A stretch of 64,000 bases of DNA from Cumulibacter sp. (GTDB lineage Bacteria > Actinomycetota > Actinomycetes > Mycobacteriales > Antricoccaceae): contig JBKEDB010000013.1 in the NCBI GenBank assembly GCA_047975195.1, forward strand, positions 4,106-68,105, in the 5' to 3' direction. Every line of letters starts with the position of its first letter. The stretch's first letter is position 1. Under the pieces are notes generated by a model that ran no database searches, was not told where the DNA came from, and was given only the letters and a program-made list of their open reading frames with translations. Position numbers and translations under genes: made by a program. Below, in pieces: positions 53,307 through 64,000 of this stretch.

Positions 53307-54332
53307 CTACTTGGGCTCGAGCGTGAGGGAGTCGACTTCTTCAATCGCCTCATCGCAGGCGGCGCTCATGGTGCGAGTCGCCGTACCGCCTTCTTCGGGG
53401 ATCTCGACGGTGTAGTTCGCATCGATCATCGCGCCGGCGGTGGGCGTGCATGCGATCTGATCGGTGCCCTTGCCGGACCACACGCCATCGGCCAGCTCGA
53501 GGGTCATCGTGAGGCCGCTTTCCTCCACGGTGAGTTCGCAGGTCGTGTCGGTGCAGTCTTCGATCGTCCAAGTCTGCGGTTTGGTGAACGCCTCCGCTCC
53601 CTCGGTGCGCGGCGTACCGCCGAGCTGACCGGTGGTCGGTCCGGAGTAACTGTCGATAGTCCCGTACACGGAGTAGGTGCCGGCAATCGCGGGGGTTGCC
53701 GCTGTTGGCGATGATTCGGACTGGCCTGACGACTCGCTTGATTCGGCGTCGCTAGAGGGCGATCCGCCGGACTCAGGTGCCTCATCCGACTCGTCGGCGC
53801 GCTCGGCGGCGCTGGGGGGCGGCGGGTCGCCCGCCGAGGTGTCGTCATCGGACTGGATGAACAGGAAATAGCCGCCGACCGCCACGATCGCGACCACGAG
53901 GACGGCGGCGATGCCGATGATCCAGCCCTTCGCGCCGCCTTTCTCGCCATTGCCGGGTTCGTCCGGCGATGTCTCGCTCCCCGATGCGCTGCCGAACGGG
54001 TCCGGGGCGCTGTGGAAGGAAGTCGGCGGGGTGGTGTGGATGAAGTACTCGGGTTCGCCCGCTTGAGTAGTGGGCTCGTGCCCCGCGGCTTCTTGATCAG
54101 CCGAGTCTTGATGAGTGGCGCCTTGAGCTGCCGGCGGCGTGGGCTGGGGGGCCCATTCGGGCTGCGCGCTCGATCCGCTGGGCGCGGTTGGCGGGCTTGC
54201 GGCTGACGCATCCTGGGGTGAGCCCGAGGAGGGCGCGCTGAGGGGAGGTTCAGGCGTCTGTCCCGGCTGTCCAAACTGGGAATTCTGCGGCTGCCCACTA
54301 TCTGGTTGCTGTCCGTCGCGTGGGTCAGTCAT
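53307..54332 (-). CDS. Single-pass membrane protein with a Pro/Gln/Ser-rich cytoplasmic N-region and a small Cys-containing ectodomain (hypothetical)
   Basis: ATG 54332 after GAGAGGA. TM 'WIIGIAAVLVVAIVAVGGYFLFI'. The C-domain of about 130 aa has 4 Cys. Confidence 0.7.
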   Translation of the reverse strand: MTDPRDGQQPDSGQPQNSQFGQPGQTPEPPLSAPSSGSPQDASAASPPTAPSGSSAQPEWAPQPTPPAAQGATHQDSADQEAAGHEPTTQAGEPEYFIHTTPPTSFHSAPDPFGSASGSETSPDEPGNGEKGGAKGWIIGIAAVLVVAIVAVGGYFLFIQSDDDTSAGDPPPPSAAERADESDEAPESGGSPSSDAESSESSGQSESSPTAATPAIAGTYSVYGTIDSYSGPTTGQLGGTPRTEGAEAFTKPQTWTIEDCTDTTCELTVEESGLTMTLELADGVWSGKGTDQIACTPTAGAMIDANYTVEIPEEGGTATRTMSAACDEAIEEVDSLTLEPK

Positions 54333-54503
54333 CGCTGTCCTCTCAGGGGGCGGGGAGGGTCGTCGGCGTACGGCGCACTTGGCGGTGGCCTGGTCTATCG
54401 GAGGGACGAACCCGCCGGTACGTTCCAGCCCGACCCCAGTAGCCGAAAAAGTCTCTGCGCGCGGGAATTACGGCACGGACGTGCGCGTTGTTACCAATGT
54501 AAA

Positions 54504-54546
54504 GTTGAGCAAGAGCGACTCAAGTCTTTGAGCACTCACTCGCTCA
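54504..54546 (+). promoter_or_regulatory. HspR operator(s) (HAIR) upstream of dnaK
   Basis: GTTGAGC-N7-ACTCAAG (54504-54524) matches the consensus CTTGAGT-N7-ACTCAAG. A weaker TTGAGC-N8-GCTCA follows at 54528-54546. The site lies 50-95 nt upstream of the dnaK ATG, and hspR closes the operon. Confidence 0.75.
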
Positions 54547-54598
54547 CCTCACGAACTACGCAACAACTCGCACCACCCTAGTCAAAGGAGCATCACCC

Positions 54599-56452
<1,854 letters not shown>

Positions 56453-56532
56453 TACGGGTCTGCTGAAGCCCACCGCGATGCCCGGCCTGTCGGGCCGGGC
56501 ATCGCGGGACATCATCTGCATTGAGGAATGAC

Positions 56533-57165
56533 ATGGACCAGAATCAAGATCCGGCCGGCACGTCCCCAGACAACGGCGAGCAGGAGCCGATCGTCATCCG
56601 CGACAAGCGCCGCGTGAATGACGTTGACGGCGCTCCCCGCACCCCGGATGAGACCCCCGATTCGCCGGAGGGCTCGGCCGCGCCTGAGGGTTCGGCTGCC
56701 GAGGACGCCGGCGTGCTCAGTGAAGGAGAGCTCGGCGAGATCGACCGGCTCACTAAAGAATTGGCTGAGCGGACCGGCGACCTGCAGCGGGTGAACGCCG
56801 AGTACGCGAACTACCGCAAGCGCACTGACCGTGAACGCGAATCGCTCATTGCGATGGGGCAGTCGTCGTTACTGGGCACGTTGTTGCACGTGCTCGATGA
56901 CATTGACCGCGCGGATGAACACGGTGACCTGACCGGTGGCTTCAAGAACGTCGCTGACGCGCTGCGCAAGGTGCTCGCCGACGTGGGCCTGGAGGAGTTC
57001 GGCGCCGAAGGCGATGAATTCGACCCGCAGATCCACCAGGCCGTATCGCAGTTGCCATCCCCGGATGTGACGTCGGAGGTGCTTGCGGCCGTGATGCGCA
57101 AGGGCTATCGGCAGGGCGAGCGCGTGCTACGTGAAGCGATGGTCGCCGTCAAGGTTCCGCAATAG
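56533..57165 (+). CDS. grpE: Nucleotide exchange factor GrpE
   Basis: Follows dnaK. 'LQRVNAEYANYRKRTDRE' and the C-terminal beta domain 'GYRQGERVLREAMVAV' are typical GrpE. ATG 56533 after GAGGAA. Confidence 0.9.
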   Translation: MDQNQDPAGTSPDNGEQEPIVIRDKRRVNDVDGAPRTPDETPDSPEGSAAPEGSAAEDAGVLSEGELGEIDRLTKELAERTGDLQRVNAEYANYRKRTDRERESLIAMGQSSLLGTLLHVLDDIDRADEHGDLTGGFKNVADALRKVLADVGLEEFGAEGDEFDPQIHQAVSQLPSPDVTSEVLAAVMRKGYRQGERVLREAMVAVKVPQ

Positions 57166-57471
57166 GTCGCATCCGGTCGGCGATGGCCATCTGGACGCGT
57201 CGGGTGAGTCTCCCGGTCGTCGAGGACGCGAAGAACGAGCCAGCGGCGCCGTCGCAGGACTCAATGTCGGTGGCCGATTTCAGCAACGGACGAAGGATGG
57301 AGTGAACGTGCACAGCTTGTATCGAGGAGAGCCACGAATGATGACGGCGTCGTACAACGAAGTCACTGTTCGTTCGATGAGCGCGTCCCTCGCTAGTTCG
57401 CTTCGGTCGACGTCCGCTGACGAGGCTTTGTTCCTCGCCTACGGTACGGAAATACGACAGGGATCTTAGGT

Positions 57472-58452
57472 ATGAGTCAAAAGGACTACTTCGAGAAGGA
57501 CTACTACGCCGCTCTCGGGGTCGAGAAGGATGCGAGCGCCGCCGATATCAAGCGGACCTACTGCAAGCTCGCTGGTGACCTGCACCCGGACAAGAACCCG
57601 GGAGACGCTGAGGCCGAGCGTCGCTTCAAGGAGGTCTCCGAGGCGTACGGCGTACTCGGTGATGCTGAGAAGCGCGCGGAGTACGACGAGGCGCAGCGCC
57701 TCGCTGCGAGCGGATTCTCCGGATCGGGTGGCTTCCCTGGCGGATTTGGCGGCGGCCACCCGGGCGGATACTCGCAGGGGTTTAGCGCCGAGGACCTATC
57801 CGACATCTTTGGCCGCACCCGCGGCGGTGCCGGCGGGCCGGACCTGTCCGATCTGTTGGGCGGGATGTTCGGCGGCGGTGGCGGCGGGTTCAACCAGCAG
57901 CCGCGACCCACTAAAGGTGCCGACGCCGAAGCCAGGGTGTCGCTGAGTTTCGACGATGCGGTCAGCGGAGTCAGCCTGCCGCTGCGTACCTCGGGACCGA
58001 ACGGCACGCGGACCGTGACCGTGAACGTCCCGGCCGGGATTAACGACGGTCAACGATTCCGGGTGAAAGGTAAGGGCCAGCCCGGGAGCGGGGGTGCTCC
58101 GGCCGGCGACCTACTTGTGCGAGTGAGCGTCGAGAAACACCCGGTTTTCGGACTCGATGGCAACAACCTGACGGTGACCGTGCCGGTGACGTACGCCGAA
58201 GCCGTGCTGGGCGCCAAGGTGAAGGTGCCGACGTTGGATAAGCCGGTCACGCTGCGCGTGCCACCGGGCACACAGAACGGCCGCAAACTGCGTGGCCGAG
58301 GCAAAGGCATCACCACGAAGAAGGGGACCGGCGACCTGATCGTCACGCTCGAGATCGTCGTCCCGCAGAACCTCTCGGCGGACGCCGAGGAGGCGCTGAA
58401 GAAGTACGCCGAACTGCAGTCGGGTGACCCCCGCGAGCACCTGGGCGTGTAA
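57472..58452 (+). CDS. dnaJ: J-domain co-chaperone (DnaJ/CbpA-like, class II: no zinc-finger domain)
   Basis: J-domain 'DYYAALGV...DLHPDKNP', a G/F-rich region and the C-terminal substrate-binding domains. There are no CxxCxGxG repeats; the protein has a single Cys. Confidence 0.9.
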   Translation: MSQKDYFEKDYYAALGVEKDASAADIKRTYCKLAGDLHPDKNPGDAEAERRFKEVSEAYGVLGDAEKRAEYDEAQRLAASGFSGSGGFPGGFGGGHPGGYSQGFSAEDLSDIFGRTRGGAGGPDLSDLLGGMFGGGGGGFNQQPRPTKGADAEARVSLSFDDAVSGVSLPLRTSGPNGTRTVTVNVPAGINDGQRFRVKGKGQPGSGGAPAGDLLVRVSVEKHPVFGLDGNNLTVTVPVTYAEAVLGAKVKVPTLDKPVTLRVPPGTQNGRKLRGRGKGITTKKGTGDLIVTLEIVVPQNLSADAEEALKKYAELQSGDPREHLGV

Positions 58453-58516
58453 CAGTCGACGAGAGATCGGCGTGAGGGGTCGGCATCATGCCGGCGGAAC
58501 GAAAGGATGGGGCGAG

Positions 58517-58960
58517 ATGGCGAACGAATACGACCGGAGCAACGGCGTTCCGCCTGTCGAAGCGGTCGCCGAAGACGCGCCCGTCTTCGTGATCTCCGTG
58601 GCCGCCGAACTCGCCGGCATGCACCCGCAAACGCTGCGCCAATACGACCGGGTGGGGCTGGTCTCGCCCGGTCGCACGGCCGGCGGCGGACGTCGGTACT
58701 CCCCGCGAGATGTCGCGACCCTGCGGGCGGTGCAGCAGTTGAGCCAGGAGGAGGGCATCAACCTGGCCGGCATCAAACGGATACTCGAGTTGGAAAATCA
58801 GGTTGCTGCACTGCAGCGTCGGGTCGAGGAACTCCTGGTCGAGATCTCGGCGATTGATATGCGCGCGGCTGCGGCCGAGGCCGCTGTGCACGTCTCGTAC
58901 CGCCGCGATCTTGTGCCGTTCAAGTCGATGTCGTTGGTTCCGCGCGGCTTCTTCCGCTGA
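58517..58960 (+). CDS. hspR: MerR-family heat-shock repressor HspR
   Basis: HTH 'FVISVAAELAGMHPQTLRQYDRVGLVSP...RRYSPRDV'. It is the last gene of the dnaK operon. ATG 58517 after AAAGGA. Confidence 0.9.
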   Translation: MANEYDRSNGVPPVEAVAEDAPVFVISVAAELAGMHPQTLRQYDRVGLVSPGRTAGGGRRYSPRDVATLRAVQQLSQEEGINLAGIKRILELENQVAALQRRVEELLVEISAIDMRAAAAEAAVHVSYRRDLVPFKSMSLVPRGFFR

Positions 58961-58978
58961 GCCTTTGCATTCCAGTTC

Positions 58979-59054
58979 GCTGAAAACGCAGAGCAGGAGG
59001 CTGCTTGTCGGCTATGCGTGGATGAGTCGCTTCTGAGGCTGCGTTTTCAGCGAG
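58979..59054 (+). repeat. 76-bp palindromic-ended repeat, copy 1
   Basis: gctgaaaacgcag...ctgcgttttcagcgag. The 13-bp terminal inverted repeats are GCTGAAAACGCAG / CTGCGTTTTCAGC. Identical to copy 2. Confidence 0.9.
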
Positions 59055-59147
59055 GAAGCTCCGGGGTCCCGGCGCGGGCGCGGGGGTTCTTCCGTTGAGC
59101 CTTCGCGTTCAGCCTGCAGATCTGCGTTCAGTCTCCGCGTTCGGCCT

Positions 59148-59223
59148 GCTGAAAACGCAGAGCAGGAGGCTGCTTGTCGGCTATGCGTGGATGAGTCGCT
59201 TCTGAGGCTGCGTTTTCAGCGAG
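59148..59223 (+). repeat. 76-bp palindromic-ended repeat, copy 2
   Basis: Base-for-base identical to 58979-59054 and offset by 169 bp. The flanks are only loosely similar. Confidence 0.9.
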
Positions 59224-59292
59224 TACTCCCAGGGCTCGGCGCGGCCGAGTGCCGGGACCCTGTTCACGCGGCGACGTTCCCCAGGTGGCGGC

Positions 59293-60117
59293 TCACTCGA
59301 TGACGCGGTCGCCGCGGGTGTAGACGTTCAAGGTGTCACCGCGGTTGAACCCGACCACGGTGACGCCGACGTCCGCCGCTAGCTCGACGGCCAGCGCCGA
59401 CGGTGCCGACACGGCCGACAGCACCGGGATCCCCGCCATGGCGCATTTCTGTACCAGCTCGAACGACGCCCGACTGGACACCTGCAGCACCGAGCCGGTC
59501 AGTGGCAATCTGCCATCGAGCAGCCCACACCCGATCACCTTGTCGACAGCGTTGTGGCGGCCGACGTCCTCGCGCACGCAGGCCAGGTTCTGGTCCACCA
59601 GCAGCCCCGCGGCGTGCACCCCACCGGTCTTGTCGAACACCCGCTGTTCCTCCTGGAGCCGCCCCGGTAGGGCGAGTAATTCCGCGAGAGTCACAGCGCC
59701 ACGATCGCCAGCGACGGGATAGGCAGATTCCTTCTGCACCGTTTCGATCGACGCCGTACCGCACACGCCGCAGCTGCTGGAGGTGTAGACCTGCCGCTGC
59801 TGCGAGGCGGCGGGGGGTGTGACACCATCCGCCAACTTCACATCGATCACGTTGTAGTCGCGGTAGCCATCGGCGCCGATCCCGGAGCGGTAATCCATGG
59901 TTCGGATCTGCTCGCGCCGCGTGATCACCCCTTCTCCAACGAGAAACCCCGCGACGAGTTCGAAATCGCTGCCGGGGGTGCGCATAGTGACCGTGAGAGG
60001 TTCACCGTCGATTCGGATCTCGAGCGGCTCCTCACCGGCGAGTACGTCCGGGCGTTCGCGAGCGGGTATACCCGTGCCGAGGCGCATTACCCGCCACGGT
60101 TTCGTTACGCGTGCCAT
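59293..60117 (-). CDS. fdhD: Formate dehydrogenase accessory sulfurtransferase FdhD
   Basis: 'SSSCGVCG' active-site motif and 'GGVHAA...GRHNAVDK'. ATG 60117 (MARVTKPW...). The track ORF extends artificially to 60549. Confidence 0.9.
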   Translation of the reverse strand: MARVTKPWRVMRLGTGIPARERPDVLAGEEPLEIRIDGEPLTVTMRTPGSDFELVAGFLVGEGVITRREQIRTMDYRSGIGADGYRDYNVIDVKLADGVTPPAASQQRQVYTSSSCGVCGTASIETVQKESAYPVAGDRGAVTLAELLALPGRLQEEQRVFDKTGGVHAAGLLVDQNLACVREDVGRHNAVDKVIGCGLLDGRLPLTGSVLQVSSRASFELVQKCAMAGIPVLSAVSAPSALAVELAADVGVTVVGFNRGDTLNVYTRGDRVIE

Positions 60118-60171
60118 CGATGCCCCCTCAGTTCGACGCCTGCCCTTGCATAGCCTAGTTACGCTGGTGGA

Positions 60172-62481
60172 ATGGGCGAGGAACCACTGAAAATTGGCAA
60201 GCGCAAGACCAGCGCGGTCGGTATCCCAGGCGTCGCGCATGCGATGCAGCACGTACTGCGTGAGATGGGGCCGGTGCGCGGGGCGAAGGGGCTGCTGAAC
60301 CTCAACCAGGTCGGCGGATTCGACTGTATGAGCTGCGCCTGGCCCGATCCGGAGGCCGGTGAACGAAGCCACGCCGAATTCTGCGAGAACGGCGCTAAAG
60401 CCCTCGCCAGCGAAGCGACCCGCAAGCGGATTACCCCGGAGTTCTTCGCCGAGAAAAGCATCAGTGAACTTGCGCAGTACGACGACTATTGGCTCAATCG
60501 GCAGGGACGCCTCACCGAGCCGATGATCAAGGAGCCCGGTGCGGACCACTATCGCCCGATCTCCTGGGATGCTGCCCTGAGCCGGATCGCGGAGCAGATT
60601 CGCGCCCTACCGGACCCGAACCGTGCCGCCTTCTACACTTCCGGCCGTACGTCGAACGAAGCGGCCTTCCTGTACCAGCTGATGGTGCGCGGCATCGGCA
60701 CCAATAATCTGCCGGACTGCTCCAACATGTGCCACGAGTCCTCGGGTGAGGCGCTCGGGCAGACCATCGGCATCGGGAAAGGGTCAGTGACCCTGCACGA
60801 CGTGCATACTGCGCAACTGATCATCATCGCTGGGCAGAACGCGGGCACGAACCATCCGAGGATGCTCACCGCCCTGGAGCAGGCAAAGCGTTCGGGCGCG
60901 GTGATCGTCGCGGTCAACCCACTTCCCGAAGCGGGCCTGACTCGCTATCGCAACCCGCAGACGGTGCGCGGTATCGCCGGGCGCGGGACCGTCCTTGCCG
61001 ATCACCACCTGCAGGTCAAGCTCGGTGGTGATCTCGCGCTGTTCCAGGGATTGGGCAAGGTCCTGGACGAGGCCGAGCAGGCCGGGCGCCGCACCCTCGG
61101 CATGAGCAGCGTTTTCGATCACGACTTCCTCGAGCGATACACCGACGGAAACGAGCAATATCTGGAGAACCTGCGATCAACGTCATGGGCTTCGATCGAG
61201 GAGGCGTCCGGCCTGAGCGAGTCCGATATCCGCGTCGTCGGTGAACTGTTGCTCGCCTCGAACCGCACAATAGTCGCGTGGGCGATGGGGTTGACCCAAC
61301 ATCGGCACGCCGTACCGACGATCAAGGAAATCGTGAACGTCGTACTGCTGCAGGGAAACCTGGGCCGAGAGGGCGCAGGTCTGTTGCCGGTGCGTGGACA
61401 TTCCAACGTGCAGGGTGATCGGACGATGGGCATTTTCGAGAAGATGCCCGAGCCTTTCCTGGATCGGTTGGATGCCGAGTTCTCGTTCACCAGTCCACGC
61501 GAGCACGGCTATGACACCGTGAACACGATCCGCGCGATGCGCGATGGCGAGATCGATCTCTTTATGGCGATGGGCGGCAACTTCCTCAAGGCCTCCCCGG
61601 ACACCGCGGTGACTGAGGCAGCGCTGCGATCTTGCGCTATGACCGTGCAGGTGTCGACGAAGTTGAATCATTCGCATCTCGCTCCGGGCAGTACGGCGCT
61701 GATTCTGCCGACCTTGGGACGATCCGATGCGGATCGGCAGGCCTCGGGACTGCAGCGCGTCACGGTCGAAGATTCCATGTCGATGGTGCACGCATCCCAG
61801 GGGCGACTTGCCCCGCCGAAGGGTGACCTACTGTCGGAGGTCGCGATTGTCGCTCGACTGTCCGCGAAACTCTTCGCCGATCCTGCGGGAGGCACGATTG
61901 CCGGGGCGCCGGTAGCGGACTGGTCGGGGCTGGAAGCCGACTACGCAAAGATTCGCGAACACATCTCTCGGGTTGTCCCGGGGTTCACCGACTACGAGGA
62001 GCGGGTCGCCGAGCCCGGCGGTTTCAAACTGCCGCACGGCCCGCATGACGTTCGGACGTTCACCACACCGTCATCGAAGGCGCGCTTTACTACCAGTGAA
62101 CTGTGGTGGCCCGAGGTGCCGCAAGGGCGGTTACTGCTGCAGACGTTGCGTTCGCACGATCAGTACAACACGACTGTGTATGAGAACGAGGACCGTTACC
62201 GGGGAATTCACGGCGGCCGAAGGGTAGTGCTGGTGAACCTTGATGACCTGCGCGTGTTGGGTTTTGCCGACGGTGATGTCGTCAACCTGGTCTCGGAGTT
62301 CAGCGACGGTGTGCAGCGGCGGGCTGACGGGTTTCGTGTCGTCGCGTACGACACTGCGCGGGGGTGTGCGGCGGCGTACTTCCCGGAGACGAATGTGCTG
62401 GTTCCGTTGGATTCCACGGCCATCGACTCCAATACGCCCACCAGTAAGTCGATCGTTATCCGACTCGAGCCCGCCGCGTGA
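60172..62481 (+). CDS. FdhF/YdeP-family molybdopterin oxidoreductase
   Basis: 'GGFDCMSCAWPDP' N-terminal Cys motif, 'CSNMCHESSG', and about 770 aa as in YdeP-type enzymes. It is divergent from fdhD. Confidence 0.85.
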   Translation: MGEEPLKIGKRKTSAVGIPGVAHAMQHVLREMGPVRGAKGLLNLNQVGGFDCMSCAWPDPEAGERSHAEFCENGAKALASEATRKRITPEFFAEKSISELAQYDDYWLNRQGRLTEPMIKEPGADHYRPISWDAALSRIAEQIRALPDPNRAAFYTSGRTSNEAAFLYQLMVRGIGTNNLPDCSNMCHESSGEALGQTIGIGKGSVTLHDVHTAQLIIIAGQNAGTNHPRMLTALEQAKRSGAVIVAVNPLPEAGLTRYRNPQTVRGIAGRGTVLADHHLQVKLGGDLALFQGLGKVLDEAEQAGRRTLGMSSVFDHDFLERYTDGNEQYLENLRSTSWASIEEASGLSESDIRVVGELLLASNRTIVAWAMGLTQHRHAVPTIKEIVNVVLLQGNLGREGAGLLPVRGHSNVQGDRTMGIFEKMPEPFLDRLDAEFSFTSPREHGYDTVNTIRAMRDGEIDLFMAMGGNFLKASPDTAVTEAALRSCAMTVQVSTKLNHSHLAPGSTALILPTLGRSDADRQASGLQRVTVEDSMSMVHASQGRLAPPKGDLLSEVAIVARLSAKLFADPAGGTIAGAPVADWSGLEADYAKIREHISRVVPGFTDYEERVAEPGGFKLPHGPHDVRTFTTPSSKARFTTSELWWPEVPQGRLLLQTLRSHDQYNTTVYENEDRYRGIHGGRRVVLVNLDDLRVLGFADGDVVNLVSEFSDGVQRRADGFRVVAYDTARGCAAAYFPETNVLVPLDSTAIDSNTPTSKSIVIRLEPAA

Positions 62482-62621
62482 CCAGTGAGTCCCTCGCAAT
62501 TCGGGGTCGATCGACCGCGAAACCGTATCTCAACTGTGAGTTGATGTGCCGTATAGGCACAAAATCTCACACGCGACACGGATCCCGTCGGCGCGAACAG
62601 TGTTACCGGCGACGCCCGCTT

Positions 62622-64000
62622 TCAGAGCACGAAGAAGTTGGATTGCGCTTCGGTGACCTTCAGCGATCCGTCGCTGTCGCCGACCGCCAGGGACGCCATG
62701 ATTGCTGCGTGCGACGTATCGGTGTAGTACTGCCACTCGAACTGGCACACGAGGTCGTCACCGCAATGCAGTGACGGGAGCGACGGTGCTTCGATCTGGT
62801 CGAAGAACGCGATGAAACCGTCGTACCCTCCGGTGAGGGTTTGCTGTAGTTCGGGTGAGATCAGTTGCCAGGCCGCTTCGGGATCCTCCGCACCGCCGAC
62901 GAGGACTTGCGTGACGACCTCCTCGGCCTGCTCGGCTGGAGGTAGTGACTTTTCGGGTGACTCGTCCGGATCGCTATCGCCGGAGTCGTCCTGGGTTGAC
63001 TCGGTGCCCGATCCGCTGGCCTCGGCGGTCGGTTCGGTGACCCACCGCAGGCCGTAGCCCACCGCGAGCATCACCAGGCCGACGATCGCGACCAACCACC
63101 ACGGCGATCGCCGCGGCGCCTGAGGGCGCGTTCGGGCGCGAGGATTCGTCGGTGCTTCGGCGGCCGGTGCGGCGACTGGGTCAGCCGAGCCGGGCGCGGG
63201 ATCGCCAACGCGAGGGGCCGCAGACGGCGGCGGCATCCGCGTCGGCGGCGCCAATGCGCGCACCGTCCCAGCAGCCTCCATCCGGGCACGGCCAAGCGGC
63301 TGCTGCGCGAGTTTGCGTAGTACGTCGTCCAATGCATCGACTGCCTGCAGTGCAGTCATCCGGCGAGTGTCATCGGGAGCCATCAATCCGTCGATGACCG
63401 CCGCGAGAGGTCCCGCTGCGCACATTGGCTCACGCTGCGCGTTGCCGATGCGCTGTAGCAAGACCAGCGTGGGTCCATCGCCAAACGGTAGATACCCCTC
63501 CACGGCGTGGAACAGCGTCGCGCCGAGGCCCCACGCGTCGGCGGCTGGTCCGGCTGGCCGACCGCGAACGACCTCCGGTGGCAGGTACGCCGGAGTGCCG
63601 GTGATGAAGCCCTCGGCGGTGACGTGCGGATCACCGTCGGCGCGAGCGATACCGAAGTCGCTAAGCAGTGCCTCGTCCTGTGCGCTGAGCAGCAGGTTGC
63701 CCGGTTTGACGTCTCGGTGCACGATCCCGAGCGCATGCGCTGCGGCGAGCGCCGAAGCGGTTTGGGCACCGAGACGTGCGACCCGTGCCGGGGGCAGCGG
63801 GCCGTGGCTGAGCACGGACGACAGCGCCGGACCGTCGATGTAGTCCATGATCAGCCACAGGTCGCCGTCGGCGGAGATCAGATCGTGAATGGTGACCGCA
63901 TTCGGATGACGTAACTGCGCAGCCAGGCGAGCCTCACGCGTCTCGAGATCACGGTCGACCCCGACGGATGATCGGATCTGCTTGATCGCGACCTTGCGTT
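62622..64000 (-). CDS. Ser/Thr protein kinase (Hanks type); the N-terminus lies beyond the window end
   Basis: 'HRDVKPGNLL', 'DFGIA' and 'GTPAYLPPE'. The frame stays open upstream of the track start (63848): rc of 63849-64000 reads '...KVAIKQIRSS...LRHPNAVTIHDL...LWLIMDYIDG'. One TM helix and a small C-terminal ectodomain. Confidence 0.9.
   Translation of the reverse strand, partial: RKVAIKQIRSSVGVDRDLETREARLAAQLRHPNAVTIHDLISADGDLWLIMDYIDGPALSSVLSHGPLPPARVARLGAQTASALAAAHALGIVHRDVKPGNLLLSAQDEALLSDFGIARADGDPHVTAEGFITGTPAYLPPEVVRGRPAGPAADAWGLGATLFHAVEGYLPFGDGPTLVLLQRIGNAQREPMCAAGPLAAVIDGLMAPDDTRRMTALQAVDALDDVLRKLAQQPLGRARMEAAGTVRALAPPTRMPPPSAAPRVGDPAPGSADPVAAPAAEAPTNPRARTRPQAPRRSPWWLVAIVGLVMLAVGYGLRWVTEPTAEASGSGTESTQDDSGDSDPDESPEKSLPPAEQAEEVVTQVLVGGAEDPEAAWQLISPELQQTLTGGYDGFIAFFDQIEAPSLPSLHCGDDLVCQFEWQYYTDTSHAAIMASLAVGDSDGSLKVTEAQSNFFVL

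Noticed and set aside
57131-57469. 112-aa ORF in the grpE-dnaJ spacer
   Set aside because: It overlaps the grpE 3' end out of frame. It has weak third-position GC bias and Arg/Ser-rich composition, with no RBS or motif.

Overview
GC-rich actinobacterial chromosomal segment. Local synteny looks Mycobacteriales-like: tRNA-Gly next to dcd, an Rv0338c-type Fe-S reductase, and dnaK-grpE-dnaJ-hspR. No tools were run; every call comes from reading the ORF track and hand-translating the DNA.

Positions 1-31.2 kb are one large ESX / type VII secretion (T7SS) locus. It holds eccB, eccC (unsplit, three P-loops), eccD, eccE, a mycosin, an esxB/esxA-like WXG100 pair and a PE/PPE-like pair. It also has a YbaB/EspL-like protein, an EspI-like ParA/MinD ATPase, an SseB-like protein and an EccA-like CbxX AAA+ ATPase whose N-terminus is a beta-helix rather than TPR.

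The main result is a gene missing from the supplied ORF track. The minus-strand frame from the ATG at 9839 stays open to the window edge, giving at least 3279 codons. It encodes a giant protein with a WXG-type T7SS substrate N-terminus, TM helices, a Ser/Thr/Gln-rich linker and long coiled coils, and its C-terminus lies outside the window. The second notable result is that the mycosin has all three catalytic-triad residues replaced (D>S, H>Q, S>A).

Positions 31.3-64 kb are mostly housekeeping. Genes there include an M23 peptidase with a long structured leader, DUF808, fbiC, tRNA-Gly(CCC), a NUDIX-kinase fusion, dcd, two acyl-CoA synthetases and a gamma-CA-like protein. They also include a membrane Fe-S/CCG reductase with a repeat-rich tail of about 500 aa, map, an MFS transporter and fdhD with a YdeP-type molybdoenzyme. 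The dnaK operon has HAIR operators and a zinc-finger-less DnaJ. A Ser/Thr kinase is truncated by the right edge.

I saw no CRISPR array, rRNA, transposase or integrase.
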